This document shows positions 1-9,463 of a stretch of 64,000 bases of DNA, piece by piece; positions within the stretch are counted from its first letter, which is position 1; the number at the start of each line of letters is the position of its first letter. The notes under the pieces were generated by a model. That model had not been told where the DNA came from and made no database searches. It saw nothing but the letters and a program-made list of their open reading frames with translations. The position numbers and the translations under genes were made by a program. The DNA lies in NCBI GenBank assembly GCA_046293175.1, contig JBKBPM010000001.1, forward strand, positions 299,446 to 363,445, given 5' to 3'. This stretch comes from Minisyncoccia bacterium. Its GTDB lineage: Bacteria; Patescibacteriota; Minisyncoccia; Phycocordibacterales; UBA918.

Positions 1-385
1 ATAACCCTCGTCGCATCCTAGATTATCAGTGTGGGAGTGGGCATTGCCAACTGGTATCAGAATACGAACAAAAGTAACTGGCAAATTACTTTGTTGTACA
101 TACAAAACATGACCATTATTGAGGTCAAACTTTTCAAAATGGAGTTTATCTTGCTGAACCATACAAACAGTATACTAAATTAAAATGGGCGCGAAAGTTT
201 TTGCTTCCGCGCCCATCAGCCTTACTCGCTCCGCCGCAGCTTTGTGGTCGTCAGAGTCAGGTGAGTCGTGTGAACGTGCAGGGGGTGGTTCAAACTTGTG
301 CCACTTACCCGCCGTCCTCCAAGTCCACACTGACCGTGACTAGACAAAATTGTGCGAATTTCAGCTTCTGCCGCTGCCAGCCGAC

Positions 386-508
386 TCATTGCGGACGCTT
401 CGAGCTGGACGTACCTTTGCTTCCGCCGCCGCTGTACTTGTTCATGTTCTGGTTACCGCGGTAGCTGGTGCCAGAAACTGCGCGGCTTTTTCCGCCTTTA
501 AAACCCAT
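386..508 (-). CDS. candidate small basic Gly/Ser/Lys-rich peptide (40 aa, MGFKGGKSRAVSGTSYRGNQNMNKYSGGGSKGTSSSKRPQ)
   Basis: Not in the ORF track (under 60 aa). ATG on minus strand at 508..506, TGA at 388..386. Very strong RBS GGAAGGAGGTGA ending 5 nt upstream of the ATG. Upstream TTGACA-like -35. No recognised family. Confidence 0.3.
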   Translation of the reverse strand: MGFKGGKSRAVSGTSYRGNQNMNKYSGGGSKGTSSSKRPQ

Positions 509-590
509 CTGTATCACCTCCTTCCTATTTGGGGTTTTCCTAGCAATACACTACAGTTTTCTTTTTTTGTCAATAGGTCAAAATTATGTC

Positions 591-1067
591 TTAATTTAGG
601 TAGAGAAAGACCACCGGAGCCAAGAGCCACCAGAAGAAGTATTCTTTGGGTGAGAAGATGGCTTGGATAGGGCTGCCGGGGGTGACGAATTCGGTGACGG
701 GAAGGACATGGAAGCTAAAGACCATAACGAGGATGGTACCACCGGTGGCGAGAAGGAGCTTTTTGCCAAAGCTTTCAAACTTCTTTTCTTGGTAAGGTCG
801 AGGCATGAGTCTCGCCATGAGGATGGTCGAGATGACCGTAAAGACTCCAAAGATGAGCACTTTCATAAATGAGTCGCCTTCCCCACCACTGAGGATTGTG
901 CTGTAATACGGGAACTCAAGGGAGATCAAGAGGGCGAAGTAGAGTCCGACGGTGAGATTGATCACTGCCTGTCGGCCACGCACGATGCTGTACACCAAGA
1001 AGAAGCCAAAGACGCCGAGTAGGTACGCGAACTCTTGGATGATGAGGAGGATGTCCCCGGTATTCAT
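591..1067 (-). CDS. hypothetical integral membrane protein (about 4 TM)
   Basis: 158-aa ORF with several hydrophobic helices. No recognised motif. Confidence 0.45.
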   Translation of the reverse strand: MNTGDILLIIQEFAYLLGVFGFFLVYSIVRGRQAVINLTVGLYFALLISLEFPYYSTILSGGEGDSFMKVLIFGVFTVISTILMARLMPRPYQEKKFESFGKKLLLATGGTILVMVFSFHVLPVTEFVTPGSPIQAIFSPKEYFFWWLLAPVVFLYLN

Positions 1068-1278
1068 AGGTACATTATAGAACTCTTTTGTGGTGTGTGG
1101 ATGCGCTATCCCCTGTTACTCGAAAGTATGATAAGCTTTTTTATACATCCGCTGTCAAGCGTTTTCGCTTCATAATTTTTTGTGTAGCGAATAGAGGTTA
1201 TGGTAGACTAAACTTACCTCGAAATACTCCTGTAACGGTTCCGTCCATTGTGAGGTTATTTCATTTGACCTCAAGTAT

Positions 1279-2029
1279 TTTAGGGGTCCAACCCTGTGAC
1301 TGTGCACAATCACCGGGTTGGACCCCTAAAATGGGTATATCATTAAGTATGCCTAGAGCTGTTGTCCCGTTAGTGGCCGGTGAAATGTACCATGTCTATA
1401 ATCGTGGAGTAGATAAACGAGTGGTCTTTCAAAATAAAAATGATTACCTACGTTTCTATTTATCACTTGCGTATTTTAATAACCAGGAGCGAACTGAAAC
1501 TTTTAATTCAGCCAAGTTGAAATTTACAAACAGAAAAGAGCCCTTAGTGTATATACATTCCTATGCGCTATTACCGAATCATTTTCATTTACTGGTTGAA
1601 CCACTTATAGACACTGGGCTTAGTGAGTTTATGAAGCGCGTTTCAAATGGTTATACAGCGTATTTCAATGAACACAACAATCGTTCAGGAGCACTTTTTC
1701 AAGGCAAGTATAAGCGAGTGCATGTCGATACAGATGAATATAAAAATTATTTACTTGCGTACATTAATGAAAACCACTTAGTTCATGGTTTACCAGAGCC
1801 TGGTGAAGTCTACCAAACAAGTAAAATGCATTTAACAAATCAAATGAAGAGTATTGTTATTAATACTTCAATGCATGATATATACAATCAAAACGAAAAT
1901 ACAGCGCTGGCAAAAGACATCTACAGGCGAAGACTAGAATTAAAGACACTATTGTTTGAAACTGAGTAATGCTTAGCGTTATCTACAATTTAGGGGTCCA
2001 ACCCCGAGACTCGGGGTTGGACCCCTAAA
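1279..2029 (+). mobile_element. IS200-like (IS200/IS605 family, RAYT-type) element, about 751 bp: hairpin - tnpA - hairpin
   Basis: Palindrome tttaggggtccaaccc...gggttggacccctaaa at 1279..1330 directly abuts the tnpA ATG. A near-identical perfect palindrome tttaggggtccaaccccgag/ctcggggttggacccctaaa lies at 1989..2029 just after the tnpA stop. Size and organisation match IS200-type elements (TnpA only, subterminal hairpins). Confidence 0.6.
1331..1969 (+). CDS. tnpA: HUH/Y1 transposase, IS200/IS605 family TnpA (COG1943 / RAYT-like)
   Basis: Internal ATG of ORF 1088..1969. HxH motif (NHFHLLVEP), catalytic-Tyr region (QGKYKRVHVDTDEYKNYLLAYINENHL) and N-terminal YHVYNRGVDKRVVF are typical of the transposase-17 / RAYT family. 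Flanked by the two palindromes. Confidence 0.75.
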   Translation: MGISLSMPRAVVPLVAGEMYHVYNRGVDKRVVFQNKNDYLRFYLSLAYFNNQERTETFNSAKLKFTNRKEPLVYIHSYALLPNHFHLLVEPLIDTGLSEFMKRVSNGYTAYFNEHNNRSGALFQGKYKRVHVDTDEYKNYLLAYINENHLVHGLPEPGEVYQTSKMHLTNQMKSIVINTSMHDIYNQNENTALAKDIYRRRLELKTLLFETE

Positions 2030-2030
2030 G

Positions 2031-3110
2031 TTAGAGGCCTTCCTTACGGAGTTCTTCGATGAGTTTGCGGGCGGACTTGGAGACTGACTTCGGGAAGCCA
2101 ATTTCTACTTTGACCATAAAGTCGCCCCGAGCACGGCCATCAACTGGTACACCCTTCCCTTTGATACGGAGGAGTTCGCCATGAGTAATGCCAGCGGGTA
2201 TCGAGAGTGTCACCGGTCCATCTAACGTCTCGACTTTGTATTCGCCACCGAGGAGGGCGTCGGTGAGCTTGATACCAAGTCGTGTGTAGAGGGTCGAACC
2301 ATCACGCTTGATGGTCGGGTGTCCCTCGACGTGGACTTTGATGTAGAGGTCGCCGCTTTGACCACGTGGCAGCGCTTCCCCGCGGCCAGTCATACGAATT
2401 ACTTCACCGTTTTCGATACCAGCAGGTACTTTAATCGAGACTTCCTCTTCAGCGCGCATGATACCGGCCCCAGCACAGTAGCCACAGCGTTCCTTTGGCA
2501 CCTTACCGGTACCACCACAAGTATTACATTCGCGCACGGTTTGGAAGGTACCCATGATACTCTGGCGAGTCTCACGGATCTTGCCGTTGCCGTTACAGGT
2601 GGTACAGGTAGACATACTCGTCCCCTTCTTTGCACCGGCACCCTCGCAGTAGGTACAGGTGTTGTTTTTGTTGAGAAGTACATTGCGAGTAGTACCAAAG
2701 ACCGCTTCACTGAAGTTGAGGTTGATATCTATCGAGATATCACGACCACGAGATTGCCTTGATCTTCCTCCGCCAAAGCCAAAGTTTTCGAAGATATCAC
2801 CCAAATCAAATTCAAAAGTACCACCTTGGCCACCAAAGCCTTGCTGAAAGTCGGCCCAGCTGAAGCCACCAAAGCCCGCTCCTCCGCCACCGCCATTTTG
2901 ATAAGCGTGACCATAGGTGTCGTATTCGGCTTTTTTCTTTTCGTCACCCAAGACCGAGTAGGCTTCGGTGATTTCTTTGTACTTGGCTTCGTTGCCAGTC
3001 TTTTTGTCTGGGTGGTACTCGGCAGCCAGTTTACGAAAGGCCTTCTTCACCTCGTCACGTGAGGCGCCTTTTTGGAGTCCAAGTACTTCGTAGTAGTCTT
3101 TCATACGCAC
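2031..3110 (-). CDS. dnaJ: chaperone DnaJ
   Basis: J-domain with HPD (YHPDKK), Gly/Phe-rich linker, four CxxCxGxG zinc-finger repeats, C-terminal domains. Confidence 0.95.
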   Translation of the reverse strand: MRMKDYYEVLGLQKGASRDEVKKAFRKLAAEYHPDKKTGNEAKYKEITEAYSVLGDEKKKAEYDTYGHAYQNGGGGGAGFGGFSWADFQQGFGGQGGTFEFDLGDIFENFGFGGGRSRQSRGRDISIDINLNFSEAVFGTTRNVLLNKNNTCTYCEGAGAKKGTSMSTCTTCNGNGKIRETRQSIMGTFQTVRECNTCGGTGKVPKERCGYCAGAGIMRAEEEVSIKVPAGIENGEVIRMTGRGEALPRGQSGDLYIKVHVEGHPTIKRDGSTLYTRLGIKLTDALLGGEYKVETLDGPVTLSIPAGITHGELLRIKGKGVPVDGRARGDFMVKVEIGFPKSVSKSARKLIEELRKEGL

Positions 3111-3277
3111 ATGCTACGCTAATAATGAGAGTCTGCAACATTGTTGCTCATAGAGAGTGTGGCCAAAATCTTGACTGACTAGGCGTGCGAATGAGGAAAT
3201 GTGAGTTGTATGTGGTTATACGGTGAACGTTTCCGATTGAAGCACAACAACGTCAGACGAGATTTTGGACATGCTCG

Positions 3278-5170
3278 TTACTTGGTAGAATCATCTTTTA
3301 CATCCGCATCACGAACAGGAGAATCTGTGTCGTGTGGGATTTCAGGTGATGTACTTTTTTCAGCGGTGGCGGCTTGGTTCATCACTTCACCAATTTTCTG
3401 CATGGCAGTTGAGAGGGCTTCGCTTGCTGACTTGATAGCGGCGATATCATCTTTACTCTTGGCTTCGTTTACGAGCTTGATCTTGTCTTCGACGTCAGTC
3501 TTGATTTCGGGAGTGATCTTGTCACCAAAATCCTTAAGAGACTTCTCGGCGGTATAGACCATTTGCTCGGCGAGATTCTTGGTATCGATGAGTTCTTTTT
3601 TCTTCGCGTCTTCACTGGCATGTTCTTCAGCATCCTTTTGCATGCGTTCGATATCAGCGTCGGTCAGACCGGAAGAGGCTTCAATCTTGATTGACTGTTC
3701 CTTGCCGGTAGCCTTGTCTTTAGCTGTGACCTTCAAGACACCGTTACTATCGACGTCAAAAGTAACTTCGATCTGTGGGACGCCGCGGGGAGCTGGTGGA
3801 ATACCATCGAGAACAAAACGACCAAGTGATTTGTTGTCAGCCGACATCGGACGTTCACCTTGGGTAATATGAATCTCGGTTGAGGTCTGATTGTCAGCGG
3901 CAGTTGAGAAGATCTGAGACTTCTTCGTAGGGATGTGGGTATTCTTTTCGATGAGCTTCGTTGCTACGCCTCCCATAGTTTCAATTGAAAGTGAAAGTGG
4001 AATCACGTCAACGAGCGTGATGTCCTGCACTTCACCCTGGAAGATACCGGCTTGAATAGCAGCACCAAGAGCCACTACTTCGTCCGGGTTCACACTTTTG
4101 TTTGGTTCTTTGCCAAAGAGGTTGCGTACAGCGTCCACAATCGCTGGCATACGAGTCTGGCCACCGACGAGGATGATTTCGTTGATGTCTTCTTTCTTGA
4201 GACCAGACGCTTCAAGGGCACGCTTTGTGATTTCAATCGAACGGTCAATGTACTCGTGAGCTAGTTCTTCGAGCTTCGCACGAGTGATGGTCATCATCAT
4301 GTGAACTGGTGCACCGTTGTTGTTTGCGATAAACGGAATGTTGATGTCGGTTGAACCAGTGGTTGAGAGTTCCTTCTTCGCTTTTTCGGCGGCGTCATCA
4401 AGGAGACCAAGCGCGAGGGCATCTTTTGAAAGATCAATACCTTCGGCCTTCTTAAATTCATCGATGAGGTACTGCACAAGACGATAGTCGATGTCGCGAC
4501 CACCCATATGTGCGTCGCCGTCGGTAGACTGTACCTCAACTACCCCGTCGCCAACTTCAAGCACGGTCACGTCAAAAGTACCACCACCAAAGTCGTACAC
4601 AACAATCTTCTCGTCTTTCTTCTTGTTAAAACCGTAAGCGAGGGCGGCGGCAGTTGGTTCATTGATGATACGCTTCACATCAAGACCAGCAATTTTGCCA
4701 GCATCTTGGGTTGCCTTACGCTGACTATCGTTAAAGTAGGCCGGCACAGTAATCACTGCTTCGGTAATCTTTTCACCAGTTTTTGCTTCGGCGTCGGCTT
4801 TGAGCTTTGCGAGGATCATCGCTGAGACTTCCTCTGGGCGGTACTCCTTGTCACCAAGGACAACCACCGCACCGCCATCAGCGCCTGCTTTTACTTCATA
4901 CGGAACAATCGCTTTGTCTTTTTGGACCACCTCTTCATTAAAGGTATGCCCCATGAAGCGTTTGATACCGTAAATGGTATTTTTTGGGTTTGTTACAGCC
5001 TGACGCTTTGCAATCTGACCGACGAGTCGTTCGCCAGTCTTTGAAATCGCAACCACAGATGGTGTGGTACGGACGCCTTCGTTGTTTTCAATAATTTTTG
5101 GTTCACCAGCTTCAATAATGGCCATTGCTGAATTGGTGGTTCCAAGGTCGATGCCGAGAATTTTTGCCAT
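3278..5170 (-). CDS. dnaK: chaperone DnaK (Hsp70)
   Basis: Start taken at [18 protein letters not shown] (canonical Hsp70 N-terminus); the track ORF extends to 5236. Hsp70 signatures throughout ([21 protein letters not shown]). Confidence 0.97.
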   Translation of the reverse strand: MAKILGIDLGTTNSAMAIIEAGEPKIIENNEGVRTTPSVVAISKTGERLVGQIAKRQAVTNPKNTIYGIKRFMGHTFNEEVVQKDKAIVPYEVKAGADGGAVVVLGDKEYRPEEVSAMILAKLKADAEAKTGEKITEAVITVPAYFNDSQRKATQDAGKIAGLDVKRIINEPTAAALAYGFNKKKDEKIVVYDFGGGTFDVTVLEVGDGVVEVQSTDGDAHMGGRDIDYRLVQYLIDEFKKAEGIDLSKDALALGLLDDAAEKAKKELSTTGSTDINIPFIANNNGAPVHMMMTITRAKLEELAHEYIDRSIEITKRALEASGLKKEDINEIILVGGQTRMPAIVDAVRNLFGKEPNKSVNPDEVVALGAAIQAGIFQGEVQDITLVDVIPLSLSIETMGGVATKLIEKNTHIPTKKSQIFSTAADNQTSTEIHITQGERPMSADNKSLGRFVLDGIPPAPRGVPQIEVTFDVDSNGVLKVTAKDKATGKEQSIKIEASSGLTDADIERMQKDAEEHASEDAKKKELIDTKNLAEQMVYTAEKSLKDFGDKITPEIKTDVEDKIKLVNEAKSKDDIAAIKSASEALSTAMQKIGEVMNQAATAEKSTSPEIPHDTDSPVRDADVKDDSTK

Positions 5171-5216
5171 ACTGTAAATAAGAATTAAATAACTAATGTT
5201 AAGAACATCTTTGCCT

Positions 5217-5825
5217 TTAAGTTGTATATTCGCCAACGGTCACACGAGCCGGACGGATAACCTCTTCCCCATTGTTGGTTGCTTTGATGTAGCCAAGCTG
5301 CATGACGGTCATTACCTGATTGTGCTGTGACTCATCCGCAACAGTAACTGTACTCATCGCCTCGTGCTTAATCGGGTCAAAGGGGTGACCGGTTGGATCC
5401 ACTGCACTGACACCATAGCCACGAAGGATACTGGTCAGCTGATTGTTGATACCTTCAATACCTTTGCGCCATTTCTCGTCAGCTTTTTCCCACGCTTCTT
5501 TGTCTAACATAGCGAGGTAAAAGCTGTCGGCGAGTGGTAAGAGCTTCTCAATATGCTTTACCGTATCACGTTCACGATTCCGTACCTGCTCCTCTTCAAG
5601 ACGCTTACGAGCATTGAGGAAATCGGCTTTGGTGCGTTGGACTTCTTCGTGAAGCTCACGGTTTTTTTCCGTCGCTTCTTGTAACTTCGTACGTAATACT
5701 TTTAATTTTTGTTCTGCGGTTGCTTCTTCATCTACTAATTCAGTATCAGAGGGACTGTTATCTTCGTAGGTGAGGTCGCTACTGTCAGTCTGAATAGTAG
5801 GTTCGTCGTTTTTTTTATTCACCAT
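5217..5825 (-). CDS. grpE: nucleotide exchange factor GrpE
   Basis: Coiled-coil N-terminus and GrpE C-terminal beta domain. Sits immediately upstream of dnaK in the classic grpE-dnaK-dnaJ order. Confidence 0.9.
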   Translation of the reverse strand: MVNKKNDEPTIQTDSSDLTYEDNSPSDTELVDEEATAEQKLKVLRTKLQEATEKNRELHEEVQRTKADFLNARKRLEEEQVRNRERDTVKHIEKLLPLADSFYLAMLDKEAWEKADEKWRKGIEGINNQLTSILRGYGVSAVDPTGHPFDPIKHEAMSTVTVADESQHNQVMTVMQLGYIKATNNGEEVIRPARVTVGEYTT

Positions 5826-5917
5826 ACTCTCCCATTATAAATCGAAAAAACGTTGCTGTCAAAATAGTAAAACCGGCCCCACGTATGGAGCCGGTTGCAT
5901 TTTTGGTCGATGCCGCT

Positions 5918-6181
5918 TCAGCGTTTCTTCTTGATGATGTGTCGCGTGACTGGCGCGCTTATGGGTGGTCCTCCGTACGGCTCAGACACAACAACCAGCT
6001 TGCCGCGCTGCCACTGCACGTCCTGCCGTTCACTTTCGGCAGGCAACTTGCCGACGTCACCCTCGATGTCGACGACATCGTCGCAGTTGGCGGCAATGTA
6101 CAGGAAGCCGGTAAGCATATTTTGCCCGATCCAGGCATCGTCCGGTACACGGGTGTTGATGGGCGTTCCGGTTTTTTTCAT
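5918..6181 (-). CDS. hypothetical small protein (87 aa) upstream of grpE
   Basis: Good RBS GAAGGAG 6 nt upstream of the ATG. Basic C-terminal tail (IIKKKR). No recognised family. Confidence 0.45.
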   Translation of the reverse strand: MKKTGTPINTRVPDDAWIGQNMLTGFLYIAANCDDVVDIEGDVGKLPAESERQDVQWQRGKLVVVSEPYGGPPISAPVTRHIIKKKR

Positions 6182-6252
6182 CTGGTCACTCCTTCTGACT
6201 TTTGAAATTATATCACAGAATATAAAAAAATCAAAAAGCTACAAACACAAAC

Positions 6253-6276
6253 AAAATCCTCCCGAAGGAGGATTTT
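6253..6276 (-). terminator. rho-independent terminator-like hairpin (aaaatcctcc cgaa ggaggatttt) with U-tracts on both sides
   Basis: Perfect 10-bp stem. In minus sense it is followed by UUUGUUUGUGUUU. Lies downstream (minus sense) of repeat element R1. Confidence 0.5.
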
Positions 6277-6376
6277 GTGTTTTAACGCTTCGGACAGGAA
6301 ACGTAAAAAATGAAATGGAGAGTAAAGCGTGAGATTTCAAAACGGTAGAAATTGGATGCAATACGAGGCGCGCAAG

Positions 6377-6402
6377 AAAAAAGACCCGAATGGGTCTTTT
6401 TT
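6377..6402 (-). terminator. bidirectional rho-independent terminator (aaaaaagaccc gaat gggtctttttt)
   Basis: GC stem flanked by A6/T6 runs. Likely 3' end of the rpsI/R1 transcript. Confidence 0.55.
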
Positions 6403-6545
6403 CTTATTGTGCTTTGTTATAAAACGGAAAGTTTTTGATGTATGGCGAGGAGCATAGGAGAAAATGTTGTGAGTGGGATGAATAATCCAGCGAACAATGT
6501 TTTCTTCGTAGCGACAAAGCCAATCGTCAAAAATTATCGCTTCCC

Positions 6546-6701
6546 CACGAATCACTAAGTATATTTGTTCGCTACGCTCCAAATCTACCAAGTGTTCTCG
6601 GACCCGCCTCGCGGTTTTCTGCTTTGGTAAAGCAGAAAACATCGCTGCGGCCTCAAAACGATAATGGAGTCCAGCAGTGGACTCCATTTGATTATCGTTT
6701 T
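6546..6701 (-). ncRNA. copy R1 of a 3-copy structured repeat / candidate ncRNA family, immediately 3' of rpsI (overlaps the rpsI stop codon)
   Basis: Shares conserved blocks with 53305..53497 and 45708..45775: cacgaatcactaagtata, aagtgttctcg, cccgcctcgcggtttt and aaaacatcgctgcggc (plus strand). The stems between the blocks differ by compensatory changes (see findings). The G-U versus A-U pair in the long hairpin is only valid in the minus-sense transcript. Confidence 0.5.
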
Positions 6702-7096
6702 GACCAAGCTGGGCGCTTGCGAGCTTTAAGGAGACCAAACTTCTTACGTTCTACTGAACGAGCATCACGCTTGAGGAATCCGGCTTTCTTGAGGGTGGTA
6801 CGACGAGCGTCCTTTTCCTTCACGAGTGCACGAGCGATACCAAGTCGGATAGCGTCAGCCTGTGCTGAGATACCCCCTCCTTGTACCTTGGCGGTAATTG
6901 CGTAGTGCTCGATTCCAGCGTCTGGAGTGGCGAGTACTGACTCAATCACCTGTTGGTGACCAACGTGCTTGAAGTATTCAGCCAGTGGACGGTTGTTCAC
7001 GATGACTGAAGTCTCTTTGGCTGGCGTGAGACGCACACGGGTAGTGGCGGTCTTACGACGTCCAATGGCTTCAGTGTAACGAGTTGCAGTAGCCAT
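6692..7096 (-). CDS. rpsI: 30S ribosomal protein S9
   Basis: GRRK N-terminus and the characteristic C-terminus ...KARKRPAWSKR. Confidence 0.9.
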   Translation of the reverse strand: MATATRYTEAIGRRKTATTRVRLTPAKETSVIVNNRPLAEYFKHVGHQQVIESVLATPDAGIEHYAITAKVQGGGISAQADAIRLGIARALVKEKDARRTTLKKAGFLKRDARSVERKKFGLLKARKRPAWSKR

Positions 7097-7097
7097 A

Positions 7098-7463
7098 TTA
7101 TTCAGTAATTATAAGATTTTTAAGCATCGGCTTTTTGAGCTTGTTGTTTGGAAGCATACCACTGATAGATCGGCGCAGTACTTCAGCGTAACCGCGACGA
7201 TCACCGAGGTGTCTGAGGGTTTCTTTTTTAAGTCCTCCTGGGTATCCAGAGTAGGTTTGGTAGATTTCATCTTTCTTTTTCTTTTCAGAAATATCAAGCT
7301 TGCCAGCATTTGTGATTGTGACTGTTACTTCGGACACGAGATGCTTTGCAAAGTCTGCCTGATCCTTACCAAGGAGTACTTTAGCTGCTTCAGTCGCCAC
7401 TGTACCAAGACGCTTTCCAGTTGCGTCAATAGTGTAGTTACGAGTTGTAGTTGAGGTAGTCAT
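7098..7463 (-). CDS. rplM: 50S ribosomal protein L13
   Basis: IDATGKRLGTVATEAAKVLLGK matches the L13 N-terminal signature. ATG at 7463 preferred over the TTG at 7481 used by the track ORF. Confidence 0.9.
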   Translation of the reverse strand: MTTSTTTRNYTIDATGKRLGTVATEAAKVLLGKDQADFAKHLVSEVTVTITNAGKLDISEKKKKDEIYQTYSGYPGGLKKETLRHLGDRRGYAEVLRRSISGMLPNNKLKKPMLKNLIITE

Positions 7464-7470
7464 ATAATAA

Positions 7471-7827
7471 TTATTCGACAAATTCGATTACTGCCTCATC
7501 ACGACCAGCCTGAGTACGACCAACCTTGATCACGCGGGTGTAGCCACCAGCACGCTGCGCAAAACGTGGTGCAATGTCATCAAATACTTTCTTGATGACG
7601 GCTGCACTTGGTTCGCCGAGACGACTCGCGACTATGCGACGAGCAGCTACAGTATTCTTCTTCCCGTGAGTAACGAGACGTTCAATAAATGAGCGAAGTT
7701 CTTTCGCTTTTGCTTCTGTGGTCTTGATCTTGCCATCACGGATGAGTGAGACAGCCAAACCACGCATAAGGGCAGTCCGCTGATTGCGTGATCGCCCAAA
7801 TGTTCGATTTTTATTTCCGTGTACCAT
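7471..7827 (-). CDS. rplQ: 50S ribosomal protein L17
   Basis: L17-like sequence (RTALMRGLAVSLIRDGKIKTTEAKAKELR). Confidence 0.9.
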   Translation of the reverse strand: MVHGNKNRTFGRSRNQRTALMRGLAVSLIRDGKIKTTEAKAKELRSFIERLVTHGKKNTVAARRIVASRLGEPSAAVIKKVFDDIAPRFAQRAGGYTRVIKVGRTQAGRDEAVIEFVE

Positions 7828-7838
7828 ACTAATATACG

Positions 7839-8798
7839 TTATACTGCAAGACTAAGACCCATAGTGGTCAAAAGTTCAATAATTTCTTCTACTCCTTTTG
7901 GACCGATACCATCGAGCGCAAGAATATCATCTTTCTTCTTGCGTACAAGGCCACCTACTGTACGGATACTCGCGGCTTCAAGAGCCTGGAGGGTACGAGA
8001 ACTAAGTTCAAGTGTCTCAATACGAGTCTTTAATACTTCAGTGTCTGGTTCAGTTGTTGCCCCTTTGACTTCAACCTCAGGAGCACTATTGGTGTGCGGA
8101 GTTTGATCCTGGAAACCAATAATAGCCTTGAGTTGATGAATCATGATTTCGATTGATTGTTCAAGGGCAGCACGAGGAGTAATAGTGCCATCGGTCTCAA
8201 TCATTAGACGGAGACGGTTGTAGTCGGTACGGTCACCAACTCGCATGTTTTCTACTTCATAGTTAGCTCGGCGGATTGGTGTGAATACCGCATCAAGAGC
8301 GATAGTACCAATTTCTACTTTGTCCTTCTGGTGCACTTCGCGAGGCACGTAGCCAAGACCACGTTCGATAGTGATTTCCATATCGAGTGTTGTACTCTTC
8401 TCGGTAATTTCAGCAATCGGTTGCTCAGGACTGAGGATTTCAATCTGAGAAGGTACTGTTATATCCGCAGCGGTAACCATGCCTACGCCACTCTTTTTGA
8501 GGGTGACCTTGATTGGTCCTTCACCGTGGAGCTTAAAACGTACGCGCTTGAGGTTGAGAAGAATGGTGATAACGTCTTCACGGACACCAGCGATGGTAGC
8601 GAATTCATGCGCAACACCTTCGATCTTTACCTGGGTGATGGTTGCACCTGGGAGTGAGGCGAGGATAATGCGACGAAGTGAGTTACCAAGCGTGTGACCG
8701 TAGCCTGGGAAGAGGCCGTCAATCTCGTAGATGCCTTGAAACTCTTCTTCTGAAACAACTCGTGGCTTTGATGGGAGGGTTACATTTGTTTCCAACAT
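7839..8798 (-). CDS. rpoA: DNA-directed RNA polymerase alpha subunit
   Basis: 319 aa with N-terminal dimerisation domain (LRRIILASLPGATITQVKIEGVAHEF) and C-terminal alpha-CTD. Confidence 0.95.
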   Translation of the reverse strand: MLETNVTLPSKPRVVSEEEFQGIYEIDGLFPGYGHTLGNSLRRIILASLPGATITQVKIEGVAHEFATIAGVREDVITILLNLKRVRFKLHGEGPIKVTLKKSGVGMVTAADITVPSQIEILSPEQPIAEITEKSTTLDMEITIERGLGYVPREVHQKDKVEIGTIALDAVFTPIRRANYEVENMRVGDRTDYNRLRLMIETDGTITPRAALEQSIEIMIHQLKAIIGFQDQTPHTNSAPEVEVKGATTEPDTEVLKTRIETLELSSRTLQALEAASIRTVGGLVRKKKDDILALDGIGPKGVEEIIELLTTMGLSLAV

Positions 8799-8840
8799 AG
8801 TGTGTGTGATTACAACGTGACTAAAACGACGAGTGTTTCA

Positions 8841-9449
8841 TTAACGGCTATAGTACTCGAGGACCTGCTCTGCATCGAACATAAACTCAGCTGGCGTATA
8901 ACTTGCTACACCAGTTACTGTACCCTCTAGCCCCTTGGCATTAAAGGTGAGCCATGAAGGGATTGAGAGAAGCTGATCTGATTCTTGGAGTCCAAGATAC
9001 ATTGCACTTCCCTTACTTCCTTCACGTATAGTAACGACATCTCCAACCTCCACCTTGTGAGATGGGATTGAAAGACGACGACCATTTACAAGAATGTGAC
9101 CATGAGCCACCATCTGACGTGCAAAGCGACGAGTCTTTGCGAGACCAAGTCGGTATACAACGTTATCAAGTCGACTTTCGAGACGCTCAATGAGCTTTGC
9201 AATTGGCTGGTGGCCACTTTCGATAGCCTCATTTACGTAACGAGTAAGTTGCTTTTCGGTAATACCGTAGATAAAGCGCATCTTTTGCTTTTCGATGAGC
9301 TGCTTCTTAAAGTCACTTGCTTGTCCACTTCCACGCTTTCGTGGACGACCAGGACGTTGTTCTGAGAGGGCAAACTTTGCACTCTGAGTTTTTTCAAAGA
9401 TTGGAGCACCGAGACGCTTCGCAATCTTGTATTTAGGACCAATTTTCAT
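8841..9449 (-). CDS. rpsD: 30S ribosomal protein S4
   Basis: S4 N-terminus (KIGPKYKIAKRLG) and S4 RNA-binding domain. Confidence 0.95.
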   Translation of the reverse strand: MKIGPKYKIAKRLGAPIFEKTQSAKFALSEQRPGRPRKRGSGQASDFKKQLIEKQKMRFIYGITEKQLTRYVNEAIESGHQPIAKLIERLESRLDNVVYRLGLAKTRRFARQMVAHGHILVNGRRLSIPSHKVEVGDVVTIREGSKGSAMYLGLQESDQLLSIPSWLTFNAKGLEGTVTGVASYTPAEFMFDAEQVLEYYSR

Positions 9450-9463
9450 ATGACTGTTGGTGA

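Noticed and set aside
2319-2762. Long antisense ORFs inside confidently assigned genes (2319..2762 in dnaJ; 28614..29300 in leuS; 34524..35252 in ychF; 41844..42563 in the RND gene; 60223..61230 in uvrB; 14632..15204 in alaS)
   Set aside because: Each lies wholly within a strongly supported gene on the opposite strand and has low-complexity or atypical composition. No independent signals.
6546-6701. Repeat family as T-box leader, 5S rRNA fragment or SRP RNA
   Set aside because: Location (3' of genes, not 5' of aaRS) and sequence do not fit T-box (no AGGGUGGNACCGCG). The partial UGAAACG/GUAGCG resemblance to 5S is too short and the overall helix layout differs. No convincing match to SRP domain IV.
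6337-6738. 133-aa ORF overlapping repeat R1, and the similar 60-aa ORF 53276..53458 over R3, with look-alike translations (EAAAMF.AL..KTARR.REHLV)
   Set aside because: The protein similarity comes from about 75-80% nucleotide identity of a non-coding structured repeat. Differences fall as compensatory base-pair changes in hairpins, not as synonymous codon changes. No RBS.
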